64,000 nucleotides of DNA, from the NCBI RefSeq assembly GCF_006345805.1, contig NC_043003.1, positions 72,726,001-72,790,000 of the forward strand, read 5' to 3'. Positions 38,822-52,800 of this stretch are shown piece by piece (the stretch's first letter is position 1; each line of letters opens with the position of its first letter). Origin of the DNA: Octopus sinensis. Its lineage: Eukaryota. Position numbers and translations under genes: made by a program. Under the pieces are notes generated by a model that was given only the letters and a program-made list of their open reading frames with translations, was not told where the DNA came from and ran no database searches.

Positions 38822-39367
38822 CGAAGTTTGATCAAAAAGTATCGGTACGGGTGTTATAAAACGAAAACTACAATACATCAGTTCGGCTTTTAATCTCCTT
38901 CGAAGTAGTCCATTTCTGAAGCCATACACTTTATCAAGCATCGTTTCCATTGATTGAAACGTTTCTAGAACACCTTTCCGGGAAGCGAGCAGCTACCGCG
39001 TCGCATTCTCCGGGATTTCCTTGACGTTTTGAAATCTTGTTGGGGTTTTCCACTGCGAAGACTGAACACTAGTTTCGAGATCATAACCATAGAACCACGA
39101 TTTGTCACCTATTATGACGGTTTCCAAAAAGTTTTCGTTTTACCCGACCTAATCAAGGAAACCCTGCGCAACTGAAATTCGATCTTCTTTTTGAGACGAA
39201 CTCACTTTACTTCCAAGCACTGTTATAAACGACAATGAACGAGAACATTATAACTTAGTGTGCATGCACTACAACATTCAAAGCTAATTTGTGTCGAGCA
39301 GCCTCATTCTGCGTACTTTAGCTCCGTTACCAAAGCAACATTCCCGATACTTTTTGATCAGACTTCG
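38822..39367 (-). mobile_element. Internally deleted mariner element, 546 bp
   Basis: TA flanks and 24-bp TIRs (cgaagtttgatcaaaaagtatcgg, 23/24). The minus strand retains GDKSWFYGYDLET and WKRCLDKCMASEMDYFEGD*. Confidence 0.88.
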
Positions 39368-40640
39368 TACATAGATGTGTGTATGCATATGTATGTGCGC
39401 ACGTGTCTATGTAATCTGTGCGTGCGTACGCGTGTGTGTCTGTGTGTGTGTGTTGACAAATGCCTCCATATCATTCAGTGTTGACTTCAGTTTCTCATGA
39501 CTGTTAGTAAGAAAGTTTGAGGGGATACGGAAATGTCTACAAACGTTGTACCGAAAGTAATGCAGAAATTGTATATTTACTGACACAGATTGTTCAAATC
39601 GCACATGTTGATTGTGTAGCTCTTCCTCCATAGTAAATCCTCTTCCTACTCTTCTTTATTATAGGCAAATAATAGGTTCTTGACGAAGGCGGTGTGCAGG
39701 CAGTTCAACATCTACAGAAAGTTACAGGCTGTTTACGGAGATGGTACTATTGATAGTATGGATGAAAAAGTTTAAAGGAGAGAAAACCAGCATTAAAAAA
39801 CAAACCCCACTGTGATTGATTGCACTAGGTACTACATATTAGGATTGAACCAGGGACAACAAAATAGAACTTCTTAGCCATACAGCCTTGCCTGTACTCA
39901 GAGACTATTGATACGAATCGTCAGCGAGAGGACGAGTTAATTCGTGTGAATAAATGAGTCACAATCCATAGAATTCCTGCACAACTGGGTTGTGGTTACG
40001 ATGCACTAAAGAAGACTGGAAGAGACTTTGGCAATTTAGAAGTGAGTGCAAAATGAAAAAGGCATTGCAAATATGAAGAGCAAAATATATCAGCCATGTT
40101 GCCTGTTTGAAGGAATAGTCTATAAGTTAATGGGGTGGGGGCGATATGTGGAAATCCTTTAGTATTTATGAATCTGTATGTCAATACTTGCGTTGCTGTA
40201 TAATCCATGATTAGCCCTTATGATGATGCAGATTGTTTTAGCTGTGGCCATTCTGCCTTCTTAAGATGGTAAACCATGAGCTAATGGCAATTTAGTTGAT
40301 ATTTCTAGCAGAACAATTGGCTGCTGTGATCCAGTGAGGTAAATTTATTTCACCAACTTAAACATCTCGAAAATCTACAGTTACACTCCAACCCTTCGGA
40401 TTTATGCAATTTGGAAACGGATTAATTTTCAGTAAATCTTTTGCGGCACGTGTTTAATTTTAACCGATGATTTATCCTGTATAACATGCCAAGAAGATTT
40501 ATCAACCACCACTATCTTCCCTGGCATGAATATTATCAACACTAATTCATAATCTTCCGAAATGTTTAAATCTCGATTACTTCTTTTAATGATATTTTTT
40601 TACATTGTCAGCTTTTGTAAAGCGGTTGTAGGCTTTTTAC

Positions 40641-40778
<138 letters not shown>

Positions 40779-40929
40779 GTACATATTTAGGTTCATATAC
40801 ATGTACGTATATACACACACATCGCTATTTCTCTCTCTCTGTGTCTCTTACTCTCTCCTCTTCCTCTCTCTCTCTCTCTATATATATATGTATATAATGT
40901 ATATATGTATATATATATATATATTTTAT

Positions 40930-41495
<566 letters not shown>

Positions 41496-41648
41496 TGTGT
41501 ATATCTATATATATGTGTATATCTATCAATCTATCTGTCTGTCTATCTATCTATTTATCTGTATATATATAGTTAACGTATATGTACGTACGTACTTATG
41601 TATGTATGTATGTATGTATGTATGTATGTATGTATGTATGTATGTATG

Positions 41649-41795
41649 TTATTTACATTATTTACATTCGACGGATATTTGTCCTCATCTTGTTTGTTGT
41701 TAACACAACGTTTCAGCTGATATACCCTCCACCCTTCTTCATGTGTCTTGGGGGAAATTTCGAACCTGGGTTCTCATTCCTAAGGTATTTTTCGA

Positions 41796-41826
<31 letters not shown>

Positions 41827-42363
41827 GAGTGAGAGAGCAGTGTATGCCATCAAAATGACACTGGGGTAAAATATACGAAGCTCAGTATACCCAACATGAC
41901 TACCCGTCTGATAAGGGTACACTAGGCACATGTGCGACATGGTGATCTCATATCAAGATAAACAGCACATGACCTTGCAGGTGGGGTCCAGTTAGAATTT
42001 TCTTCTGGTCGAGTAGCCCAGCCCGCTCAAAAGGTCCTTGAGTCAGTGTTGTTTAAGGATGTTGAACGAAACACCCATGTTTCCAAAGGTGAATTATTCA
42101 AACCCCAAAGAATCCCTCTCAACACATGGCTATGATGCTCCCCCACTACTTCTGCTCATGATCAAAGATGCACAGATCATCAGTCACTAAGGGATATGCT
42201 CAAATGGTTAAGGTCAAACAACTGACAAGCAAATCTGTGGTATTGAGTAGAATACTTGCTGTAGCCCATCTTTTATACAAAGACAAAACAATGTACATGA
42301 TAACACTTCCAATCAGTTAAGTTCAGAAGCCACGAGAGGCACTGCCTGGTGCTGCATCAGGAC

Positions 42364-42436
<73 letters not shown>

Positions 42437-42680
42437 TCACTGCTTGGAATCGAAGTCGGAATCTTGGGGTTAGTAACCCGCGCTTTTAACCACTATGCCA
42501 TATGCCCGAGGGCATAAAATACCTTAGGAATGAGAACCCAGGTTTGAAATTTCCCCAAGACACCTGATGAAGGTTGGGGAGTATATTAGCTGAAACGTTG
42601 TGTTAACAACAAACAAGATGAGGACAAATATCTGTAAATAATGTACATAGTTCCTCATCTCTTAAATATAGAACTGTATG
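41649..42680 (-). mobile_element. Composite element: tRNA-like head between inverted hammerhead-bearing arms, interrupted by a 540-bp insertion
   Basis: Arms 41649-41795 (-) and 42516-42646 (+) are inverted homologues. A tRNA-like A/B-box head is on the minus strand at 42507-42433. (AAT)n linker. Insert at 41827-42366. Confidence 0.75.
42559..42604 (+). ncRNA. Candidate minimal type-I hammerhead ribozyme
   Basis: GACAC-CTGATGA-A-GGTTG-gggagtatat-TAGCT-GAAAC-GTT-GTGTT: intact core, 5-bp stem I, wobble-rich stem II, loopless palindromic stem III (AACGTT). Confidence 0.55.
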
Positions 42681-43199
42681 TATGTATTTTGTCTTCCATT
42701 TTTAATTATTTAAAGTCTTACTGTCAGGAAGGAGCCACTTTCTAACGAAGATACAAAACTCCATAGGAGGAATGCAAATACCAAAACCAAATGCACTAGT
42801 TATTATTGGTATGAATGCAAAAATTAATAATTTGGATATAGAATCTGAAGGATTCGAAGTTGTTGTCCGTAGTTATCTTCTTTTTCTTTGATATTCTTGT
42901 TTTTTGTTTTGCAGTTGGCATTGTATATTGCTTTGCAATAACGCCAAGTCAAATTAGGTGGTAGTACCTTAACGACATTTTGGTGTTGTTACAGATCACG
43001 TGTGATGCATTCTACAGGAATGTGACATAATTGACATTTTCGGTTGCATCTTGGTGCTCCAGAGACTTCAACTGTCTTTATAAGATATTTTGTTGTAATC
43101 TCTTATTCTTGGATTGTAAATGCCTTGTTTCCGAGGTGTTATGTAGCGGTAACGAGTCTAAGAAATCTGCATTTCATGTCGATATTAATGTCATCTTTA

Positions 43200-43410
43200 A
43201 GGCGGCGAGCTGGCAGAATCGTTAACACACCCGGACAAAATACTTAGCGGCATTTCTTCCGTCCTTAATTTCTGAATTCAAATCCCGCCGCGGTCGACTT
43301 TGCCTTTCATCCTTTTTGGGGTCGATAAAATAAGTACCATTTAAGCTCTGGGGTCGGTGTAATCGATTTACCCTCTACCCTAAATTGCTGGCCTTGTGCC
43401 AAAATTCGAA
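43200..43410 (+). mobile_element. Family-A SINE. Other partial copies lie near 14140-14340(-), 16990-17220(-), 20370-20765(+), 47690-47890(-), 52020-52240(-) and 59305-59425(+)
   Basis: ggcggcgagctggcagaatcgtta...gaattcaaatcccgccgcggtcgactttgcctttcatcc shared among copies. Confidence 0.8.
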
Positions 43411-43439
43411 ATCGATTTTAATGCTACCAAATCTTCGGA

Positions 43440-44700
43440 AGACATACCAATGCATAACCTTTTTAAAAAATTTTTATTTCGTATGATGAGCTTTTCACAT
43501 GCAGGTCTTCTTTGAGGTATGTTAGTCCGGCTGTTTTGGGGTTATATGGAAGGTAATCAGGAAGAGAGTACTTCTAGAGAGGCTCACTTGCCGACACGTA
43601 GAATGTTGTCCGCTTGTCTTTTCAGCACTAAGTTTATATATTTATTTTCGCCGGGGTTGTTCAGCAAGTAGTGTCTGAGAGATATTATACGACATTCGAA
43701 GGCTGTCTGCACTGCTCTGAAACCTCTACCTTCATAATTTCTTCTTATGAAGAGCCTGTAAATATCATTGTTTCTGTGGAAGTTTTCAGTTGATGTCAGG
43801 ATCTTGCGAGTTTTTAATATCATTGGAGTGGTTTTCCTCTACAGACCAGTCGCATACACCAGATGTTGGCGTTAGCAATGGTGCCCCGAGAGCGTTGTGG
43901 AATATTGTCGGTAAGGGGAGATCTCTGATTCCAATATTTTTGCTACGTCTGGTATAATATTCTCGGGTCACGCTATCTTTATTTTTAACACCTTCGTATG
44001 ATGTTTTCATTAATGCCTATGAATATATAACATTTTCTGTGTGGAACAAGAGGTATAGAGAGATCGTTGGCGCATAATTTTTGGGACCAGAGGATTGAGC
44101 TTCCGCGTTCAGCAATTGAATCCGAACACTTCTTTTGGCCAAATTCCAGTCATATATCAGGTAAAAATGTTATAAACTCCAAATGTTTTTTAACATTTTA
44201 AACTTTTTAGCATAGAAGTTCAAGTCGTCCACAAAAGAAATTATGGGTTACATGTAGAACCTAGCATGTGACCATTGGATTTTTGTAGTAGAAATAATAA
44301 CGGATATAATGTCAAAATAAATAGAATTGCCGGTCTATTCTTGTTGTACTTTTCAAATTTGATGATGAGGTAGATCGATAGGTGGTGTTCCAAGTGTAAC
44401 GTTATGATTATCATGTTTTTCTCAGGCACACTCTGCCCAGGAATCACACAGTATACCCGTTTTTGTTTTAAATGATAGAGGGTAACCTTTAAATGATAGA
44501 GGTTATTTCTAGCTGGAAGAGCAATTGTATAGATGATCGTTTGCTGCCTCACAGTGATTTGATATAACGTTAAAGCGTGGGTGATGTAATGTGGGTAAGG
44601 GGTGATATAGTTTATATTTAGGTACAACAGACCACTTTAATATATAAACAGAGACACAATAGTCTTCTGTTGTTTCTACAACAACATCCAACAACATTGA
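43440..44700 (-). mobile_element. R4/Dong-like RT fragment
   Basis: HNALGAPLLTPTSGVCDWS...KTRKILT...RLFIRRNYEGRGF, equivalent to N.FAVPV.T..FG...W...D.KTRK.L...RLYLPRK.GGRGL. Confidence 0.75.
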
Positions 44701-46229
44701 AGTTGTATCTAATCTCTAATTACAGAAACTATTAATTTCTCACTCGCAGACTTTTTTGCCAAACGAAATATGAGCCATAGCGGACTTTTAGGAAAGGGTA
44801 AAAAACAAAGGTGTCCTATCTAGAAGGAAAGGCCAAAACTATGATCTTTTTCACAACATAGAAACTGGTCGAGACTAGTTTTTATCAGACATATGATCTG
44901 GTCTGAGTACTTGCAACAAATTGGACCCTACCACAGATACTAAGTGGCTAAGTGGTAGATATATTTTACCCTACCCTCAAAATGTAGTCATTCCGCTAAT
45001 CCAGTTTGGCTTACAAGGCTTAGGATGATCTTAGAATAAACTTACTGTACTCTTCGGTCGACTCAAGCCTTGAGAGAAAAATATAATTATAAAAGAAAAA
45101 CTCTGAGCACAGGCAAAGCTGTATGTCTAAGAAGTTCATTTCACTACCTTCTTGTCTATGATTTAATCTTAATATGCAGTACGTAGAGTAATCGTCTTCT
45201 ACCATAAACCAGGATCGACCAAAGCCTTGTGAGTGAAGTAATATATATATAGATTAAATATTTCCTGATAAGCAAAACCCAACATATTGCCAATGAAGAC
45301 ATCACCTCAAACCTAACAAAAACCCTTTGTGGTGACTCGTAGAGTGCTATGTTGGGTGAACTTCATTTTGTTATTGATATAAATGACATCACAAATTTCC
45401 TCAAACACAGTAAAAATAAAGATAAAAAATGTTGATGACTCTAAGCTCCAAAATGTCATCAACGGAGTAAATAACCGAACAAAGCTTCAGTCTGATCTAT
45501 GCGATGTGATTTAAAATAAAATGTTAAACGAGGAAAAAACTTGAGCTCATCCAAGTTTTAAATGCAAGATTTAACTGTTACCGAAGATGTCTTCTGATGA
45601 ACATACATCCACAACAAAACAAAGATTGTAACACAAAAACTAAACCGAATCTTTGGAGCAAAAAGTTCTTCATCCTTTAATGACTATTAACTCTCAACCC
45701 AGTTCAAGTGACAGCCACAATGGATTTATACCCTTACATTTGGGACAGTCTATTGCTACATACATAGACATTCTACATCACAACATCACAAAATAGTTCC
45801 TCTATTGATTGATCTGAGACCCCTCACATGCACATTCCAAACTTTGGCTTGCAGTTTTGCTGTCACCCCACTTTATCAATTCTTCTGTTACCACAGAGGC
45901 CTCTATTCAGGAGAAGTAACTGCTCTCAAGTACTCCAGACTAACTTGTATGTTCTTCTTTGATTGTCAATGTTATGTTAATCTCCACAGGAACCTTGTTA
46001 ATCCCTACACCACGTCCTTCCTCCCTACAATGTCATTCTTCTGGATTCCTCTCGTTGTGCGTATTCTTGCACGGTCAGTCTACCGAAACTGTTGAGGAGG
46101 AAAGTTATCAGCATTAATGTCACTAGATTCAGAAGGTATGGATATTTTCCGAAGAATGTATGAATAAATAGTACATTAGCCTATTAGTGAAGTTTTATTG
46201 TTTTCCCTCATATAAGTAAGGTATTGTAA

Positions 46230-48830
46230 TTGTTAATACTAGGTCGGCGATTGGCTCTCATGCGTATAGTTACTGACGGACCGTAAGTTAAATCTCGTCA
46301 GAGAGATTCAGGGAATTCACACGCAAAAGGACAAACACTTTAAAAGAAATACTGCGCCATTTACTCCAACACACATACTTGAATTTGATGCATTAAAAAA
46401 TACGAAAGGCGGAGCAAACAAAACTTGGAGTTACCAGAAACAAATAGATCAGTACCTGATAAAAATAACGATAATAAAAGGCCAGATTTTACTCCCTCAA
46501 TCTCTCAATTAAAGCAGAAACAGGCATAAAGGAACAAATTGAAGTATCTTTCGTATGCAGCACGCAAATTTTGCTACAATGTCCTATCTTCATAACAAAA
46601 TTACGACATATATCCGTATAAAATTTTGGGGAAAAGAAACCTGATCTAAAAGCAAATCTGAATGTAAACAGACTAACTAATTTAAGAAATTTTTTCAACT
46701 GAAAAATCATCAGACATAGAAAACAGAATGTTCTAAAAAGTATAAATGACGAACAAAACTGAACAATCTAATATGAACATGAAAAATGAAAAGAGAAGTA
46801 AAATGTGTACAGAATATAAATAACAACACAATAAAATCACACCGAAGAAGGTCAAAAATTATTGACCAACAAAAATCGAACAACACAAACAAAAAGTGAA
46901 AGGGAATGTGAAAAATACAAAAGAATAGAAAGTTCTACAAATAAAATTTATAAATATTTCAATAATATAAAATAGAAATAGTTAAAGAATTGAAGTCAAT
47001 AGAACATCTATAGAGCAACAAAAGTATCTGTAAATGTTAACAATTAATGAGCAATAACAATGAAAAAAAACCTGGCTATCTCAGACATAATTTAAATAGA
47101 CACGAATATCAATATCACCATGATAAACAAAATAATATACACAGAAGCCACAATTGTTATAAAGTAAAGTATGCACTTATTCGGGTTTACTCATATAGGA
47201 ATATGAAAATAAGAAACAACGTGGAAAGCAAAGCTTTAGAGTTGACAGAATATAAAGATCACTAAATCTTAATGAAATCAATAGCGGAAAGACACAACTG
47301 ATGAAGTGGAGGAAGAGACAAATTCTACAGAAATGTAATAAAATATATATACTGGAAATCAATGACCGTCTGAAACAAGAGAGCTTCACTAAATCGCAAA
47401 TAATCTGTCGTTGTGAAAATCGACAACGATTTTTAAACAAAACAAACAATCCGAATCCGACGCCAACGGCCTTTACTAAGAACTAGGCAAAAATAAGATA
47501 GAAATCAATACAGCATCACAGTAAGAAAAGTAGGTTCCAAGAATAAATAAAGACAACGGAGGAAGCCGCACAGACGAGGGTGTTCTAAGTTCTGAGTACA
47601 AAAAGTTTTCTACATGCTACAGCTGAAAACAAAAAAACCGTCGACAACAGAAAACGATAAGATACCAAACTTATAGTTAAAATACTGTACTCAAACTTTA
47701 GCACAAGATGGCAGTTTCGAGGGAGGAAATAAATTGATTACATCGACCTCAGCGTTAACCTGGTACTTATTTTATCGAACCCGGAAGGATGAAAAACAGA
47801 GTCAGCCCAAGAGGATTTTGTACTCAGAACGTAAAATCGGAAGAAATGCCATTAAGCACTTTCTCCGGCGCAGTAACGATTCTGCCATCTCGTCATCAAA
47901 TAGGAACATATACGGCGATAGCAGAGAATTTTAATAAAGACGCTAGCTGAACCAGAGATAACACCTAAAGTAGCTTTACTTAGAGGAAAATAATCTAATC
48001 GGCACGATTAAAGAAACCCAAAGCCTTGGAAATTATATACCTATAATCTGTATTCCATTCAATCCACAAAGATTAAATTGCAGTAATATCATAGAGATAC
48101 GTAAGAACGTGGACTATAAGCATTTTTTCTAAAGAACCAGAATAGATGCTGAGAAAGCCGATGTAAATATAAAAGTTAAATACTGATCAATGAAGCTATA
48201 ACTAAAAACTGTACAAATAGAAAGACGGATCTGAGTACACGGCAATCCTAGAAACGTTAGTGTCGAGTAAAACGGTACCAGTTATAAGAAGATACATAAA
48301 ACATGAGTGAATGGTAATTATGCAGATAAAAGGTAAAAAGAAGGAACTGTAAAAACTAAAACTACATATTCCTCTGTTGTTAATACCTTGTCTAGCATGT
48401 TAAACAAGACTGAATTCTTCTAAAAATGCTATGAGAAGAAAATGAGCCACAGTTTGTAAACAGATGACCTCAAATAGATGACGCTGAAAATGTTAACAGG
48501 AAAAATCCATATATAGGAAACACGTATTTACGAGATGAATTGATGAGATTCGAATTAGAAAAATACACGTAGGTAAACCTGAAGAAAGAAAAATTAAAAA
48601 CGTTAACATCATATTAGATAAAGACATAGATATGAGAGAATTAGACCAAACATGATGTTGGAAATATTTAGGAATTAATGGACAGTGTACGACAGGGTAA
48701 AAAAAGAATGAATTTATAAGGATTATATTAATTGTGTAAAAGCTAAGTGAAAATGTGTTAATAGCCGTCAATACTCTTGCTGCCTCAGTAACAAGTTATA
48801 AAATTCTCAACTGGAAGTTAAATAAACGAA
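46230..48830 (+). mobile_element. Degraded 5'/central part of an R4/Dong-like element
   Basis: A-rich coding-like DNA with remnants (w.DY.k near 48110; gccgtcaatactcttgctgcctcagta = AVNTLAASV, cf. AINTFAVPV). Many stops; limits approximate. Confidence 0.45.
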
Positions 48831-49019
48831 CGAAACTGTTGTATGGTCGGGTCGTTGGCGACTAAACTGGCAACCTCGTCAAGCTTGCTTGGTGAGGACG
48901 GTGATTGTGGGACACCTTGCAGGACGAAAAATAAGACCTGTCAAAGGGCGGAAGAGCTCATGAGCAGTCAACGGCCATCCAATATATATATATATATATA
49001 TATACATAGTGAGAATTTA

Positions 49020-50150
49020 TAAAACAAAAAGACGAAGACGGGTGTGTAAACAACAAACAAGTGTATTTGTTTAACGCTAGGGAAGTGAGAAAGTCTTTTA
49101 CGTTTCGAGACTACGCTCTTCGACAGAAAGGAACACAGAAATAAACAGGGAGTGAAAATAGAAAAAGGTATAGTGGCTAGCGATCTATCATGGCGAATGC
49201 CGGGCAGCGGGTTCACACAAGAGAGCTAGGAGGAAGGGAGATAATAAAGTAGTGGTGATCCCAAAACTAAGATGCGTGTGCGTGTGTATGTGAGAGCGTG
49301 TATGTGCGCGTGGAAGGGGGCTGGTGATATTGATGTGTGCATGTGTAGGTGTGTGGATAATGGTGTAGATGCAGGGAAGTGGTCAGTGCTAGTGTGCGCG
49401 GGGTGGTGTGATGTGGTGTGGTTTGGTATGGTGGTGTGTGTTGTAGTGGTGTGGTGTGGTGGTGTGTGGTTTGGTGGTGTTGGGGTGCGAGAGAGGCGAG
49501 AGTGGGGTAACGAGGGGCGTGACGATGAAGTGAGAGGGTGGAAGGGAGAAGGTGGGCAGGAGTGAAGAGAGGAAGTAGGTGCCAGAGCAAGAGAGGAGAG
49601 GTGGGTGGGAGGAAGTAGTTATGAGAGGAAGAGAGGAGAAAGGAGGAGGATTAGATGAAGAGGGGAGGAGAGTTGCCCCCATGTAGCGCAAAGGAGCGAA
49701 AAGAGAAGATTAATCCCTGCTCACAGCGAAGACTGGAGTCCGGATGGCCCCTGTGCAAGGACAATCCGAACACAGACAGGTGTCGTAAAGAGTGACCGGT
49801 AGAGCAGAAATGGCGCGAGACCGGGGTGTCGTTGCCGAGTCGGATGTCTCGGGGATGTTCTGCGAACCAGTCAGCCAAGCGGCGTCCCATTTGACCCATG
49901 TAGAGAGGATAGAGAGAGCAGGAGATGCAGTAGATGACGTTGCTAGAAGTGAAGGTGAAGGAGTCAGTGATATGATAGGGAGCAGGGGAACGAGTCGAGC
50001 TGGGAGGTTTAGTTAGGAAAGAAGCTGTGAACCAAGAGGTCTCGTCGGTTGTGGGCTCGTTTGAAGGAGGGGAGGGGTGGGGTCGGTTAGGGAAGATGTG
50101 CAAAGTGGAGGGGTCGGGCTGGAGTCACCGGAAAGCTCGGAGAATAGTGC
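49020..50150 (-). mobile_element. Penelope-like element 3' part: GIY-YIG endonuclease relic, low-complexity UTR, terminal repeat
   Basis: ORF 50103-49651: SFTFTSSNVIYCISCSLYPLYMGQMGRRLADWFAEH...PVSRHF...EQGLIF...N, a PLE-type GIY-YIG domain. Followed on the same strand by the tail with a hammerhead-like motif at 49130-49095. Confidence 0.82.
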
Positions 50151-50185
<35 letters not shown>

Positions 50186-50186
<1 letters not shown>

Positions 50187-50403
50187 AGGGGATTCTGGAA
50201 AGTTCCTAACTTAAAAGTTATCGCGAAACGCCTGGCTGGAGGCCCAACGTTCCGAATTCTTTTACAGAGCTTAGAAAAACTGAAGGACCGCTGCAATAAG
50301 TGTGTGAATCTGAGATAGGGGAATATTTTGAATAAAATCATATTTAACTGATCCTCCTGTATTTTCTTTAACCCAAAGCCATGTATTTCAGCTCCACCTT
50401 GTA
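50186..50403. mobile_element. Degenerate mariner-type MITE
   Basis: ta-ggaggggattctggaaagttcct ... agccatgtatttcagctccaccttg-ta; imperfect TIRs. Confidence 0.45.
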
Positions 50404-51547
50404 ACGTGCGTGTATGTGTGTGTGTATGTATGTGTGTGTGTGCGCGTGTGTATGTGTGTGTGTGTGCGTGTGTATGTGTATCTTCCCTGTCTGTTGCTGT
50501 GCCTGCCTATGTGCGCAAAATATTTTCACATAACGGTATATATGATACACACAATGCAAGTGTCTGAATATGCTTCTATGTGTATGTATTTATGTGCGCG
50601 TCGTTTATATGAGTGTGTACATTTGTATGTTTTTGTGTGTATCCTACGCAAGTTAGTGGCTGTGATTATATGTGCTCTTTCCATGAGGATGGGGGGAAAT
50701 AAAAGATTTTAAAAATACAGTTGACTACAAAATATATATATTTTTTTGACTTCCATCTTTCACTTCTCAACCAAGATTTTGATAGAAACTGGGAAAAAAA
50801 TATAAAAATCCAACACGAAGCAAAATAAACAATAAAACTCAAGAATATATAATATATTTTGTTTATGGACACACTATGTATATATGTATATATGTGTATG
50901 TATATATATATATGTAAATATGTCTATATGCGTGTGTATGTATGTGTATATATGAACGTGTATATGTATGTGTAGGTGTGAATGTATTCCTGTATGTATG
51001 CATGTGTGTATTATGAGTGTGCATATGTTTGTGTGTGTGTGTATGTATGTGTGTCTGTGTGTCTATGTGTGTGTATGTATGTGCTGTAGATACATTTTAG
51101 AGCTATTTTATTATTCTTCAAAGTGTTTTTCCGTTTCCCATTTATTTTGAGAGTTATGCAGATATATTATATGTACACACAAATGTACGTATATATGCAC
51201 ACACACAAACACACATATATATACACACATACGCACACAGTATATATATATATGTATGTATATATGTATATATACATTTACACACATACATAATACATAC
51301 ATATGTTTTTACACACACACACAAAAACACACATAAGCACACACACAAACACATATACATACACGCCTAGAACATATAAAGAAATAAAAATGTGCCGAAA
51401 AGATAGAAAAAACAGAGGGAGAGGTGCGACGGCGAAGCCAGTGAAAATGTAGTAAATGGTAAAAAATGTATTTTGTACGAAGTAAAATATTAGGTGTATA
51501 CATCTTAAACAGTAATTTTTGAACATTAAAATGTAATACCTACATTC

Positions 51548-51642
<95 letters not shown>

Positions 51643-52367
51643 GCTTATAACTTTCAGCACTGAAACTATGGAAGTCCAAAACGGATGTTGAAGCCGGTAC
51701 CAATAGGAGTATTATGCAAGGTCTGAAGCCCCACAGATTGGGAGTTGGATATAAAAAGAAGAGCGAATCTCCTTACCCCACCACACACACAGGGTCCGTG
51801 GACTTTATTTTTACTGCAAATATATTCAGATAATTGAATGCTTTATCTATGCAGTTCCTAGTAAATGCTGCAAAGGTACGTGTGAGCTGAAAACACATAT
51901 CATTTTCACTTAGAATGTTGAGAGTCTTGCTGAGGGACATAGAAAGACGGGCAACAAAAACTGAACGTGTACAAAGAAGCTATTCTTTACTTAGCAGCAC
52001 ATGTCTGTAAAATACCGGTTTAAAATTTTGGTACAAGGCCAGCAATTTCGTGGTGGTGGTGGTGGTGGAGTGGAAAGTCGACTACTTCGATCCAAGTGCT
52101 CGACAGGTACTTATTTTAACGACCCCCAAAATATGAAAGACAAAGTCGACCTCGGCGGAATTTGAACTGAGAATGTAAAGCCGGATGAAATGTTGCTAAG
52201 CCTCTTGCCTGGCGTGCTAACGATTCTTTAATGCCGCCTTATATGCATGTAAAATATTGTCATGTAGAACAATAGGAGTTAAAAATAAATTAGACTAAAC
52301 ACGTTTACGTCAAGTAATATTTTATTCAATCACCAGCACTTTAAAATTTTTCACTTCAAACTGGATT

Positions 52368-52529
52368 GAAGGATTGGCTGTGTGGTAAGTAGCTTGTTTA
52401 CCAACCACATGGTTCCGGGTTCAATCCCACTGCGTGGCACCTTGGGCAAGTGTCTTCTACTGTAGCCTCGGGCCGACCAAAGCCTTGTAAGTGGATTTGG
52501 TAGACGGAAACTGAAAGAAGCCCGTCGTA

Positions 52530-52577
<48 letters not shown>

Positions 52578-52800
52578 TGTATGTTTGCATGTCTGTGCCC
52601 CCCCCAACATCGCTTGACAACCGATGCTGGTGTGTTTATATCCCCGTCACTTAGCAGTTCGGCAAAAGAGACCGATACAATAAGTACTGGGCTTACAAAG
52701 AATAAGTCCCGGGGTCGAGTTGCTCGATTAAAGGCGGTGCTCCAGCATGGCCGCAGTCAAATGACTGAAGCAAGTAAAAGAGTAAAAGAGTAAAGAGTAA
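52368..52800 (+). mobile_element. Full-length family-B SINE with (AAAGAGT)n tail
   Basis: A/B-box head, central (TA)n/(TG)n, 3' aagtaaaagagtaaaagagtaaagagtaa. Confidence 0.88.

Noticed and set aside
42433-42507. Genuine tRNA gene (ACT anticodon-like loop)
   Set aside because: The acceptor stem does not pair and it is embedded in a repeat, so it is treated as a SINE-type head. The same applies to the other tRNA-like heads at 29203, 32157, 52368 and 57950-58020.
45330-46150. CR1/L2-like RT fragments (also 3900-4800 and 17640-18340)
   Set aside because: Only faint motif echoes with many stops and frameshifts; clade and limits not supportable.
46230-46330. HDV-like ribozyme at the 5' end of the R4/Dong-like relic (also examined 48845-48940)
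   Set aside because: Could not build the P1/P2/P3/P1.1 double pseudoknot by hand; only simple hairpins are present. An Infernal/RNArobo search would settle it.
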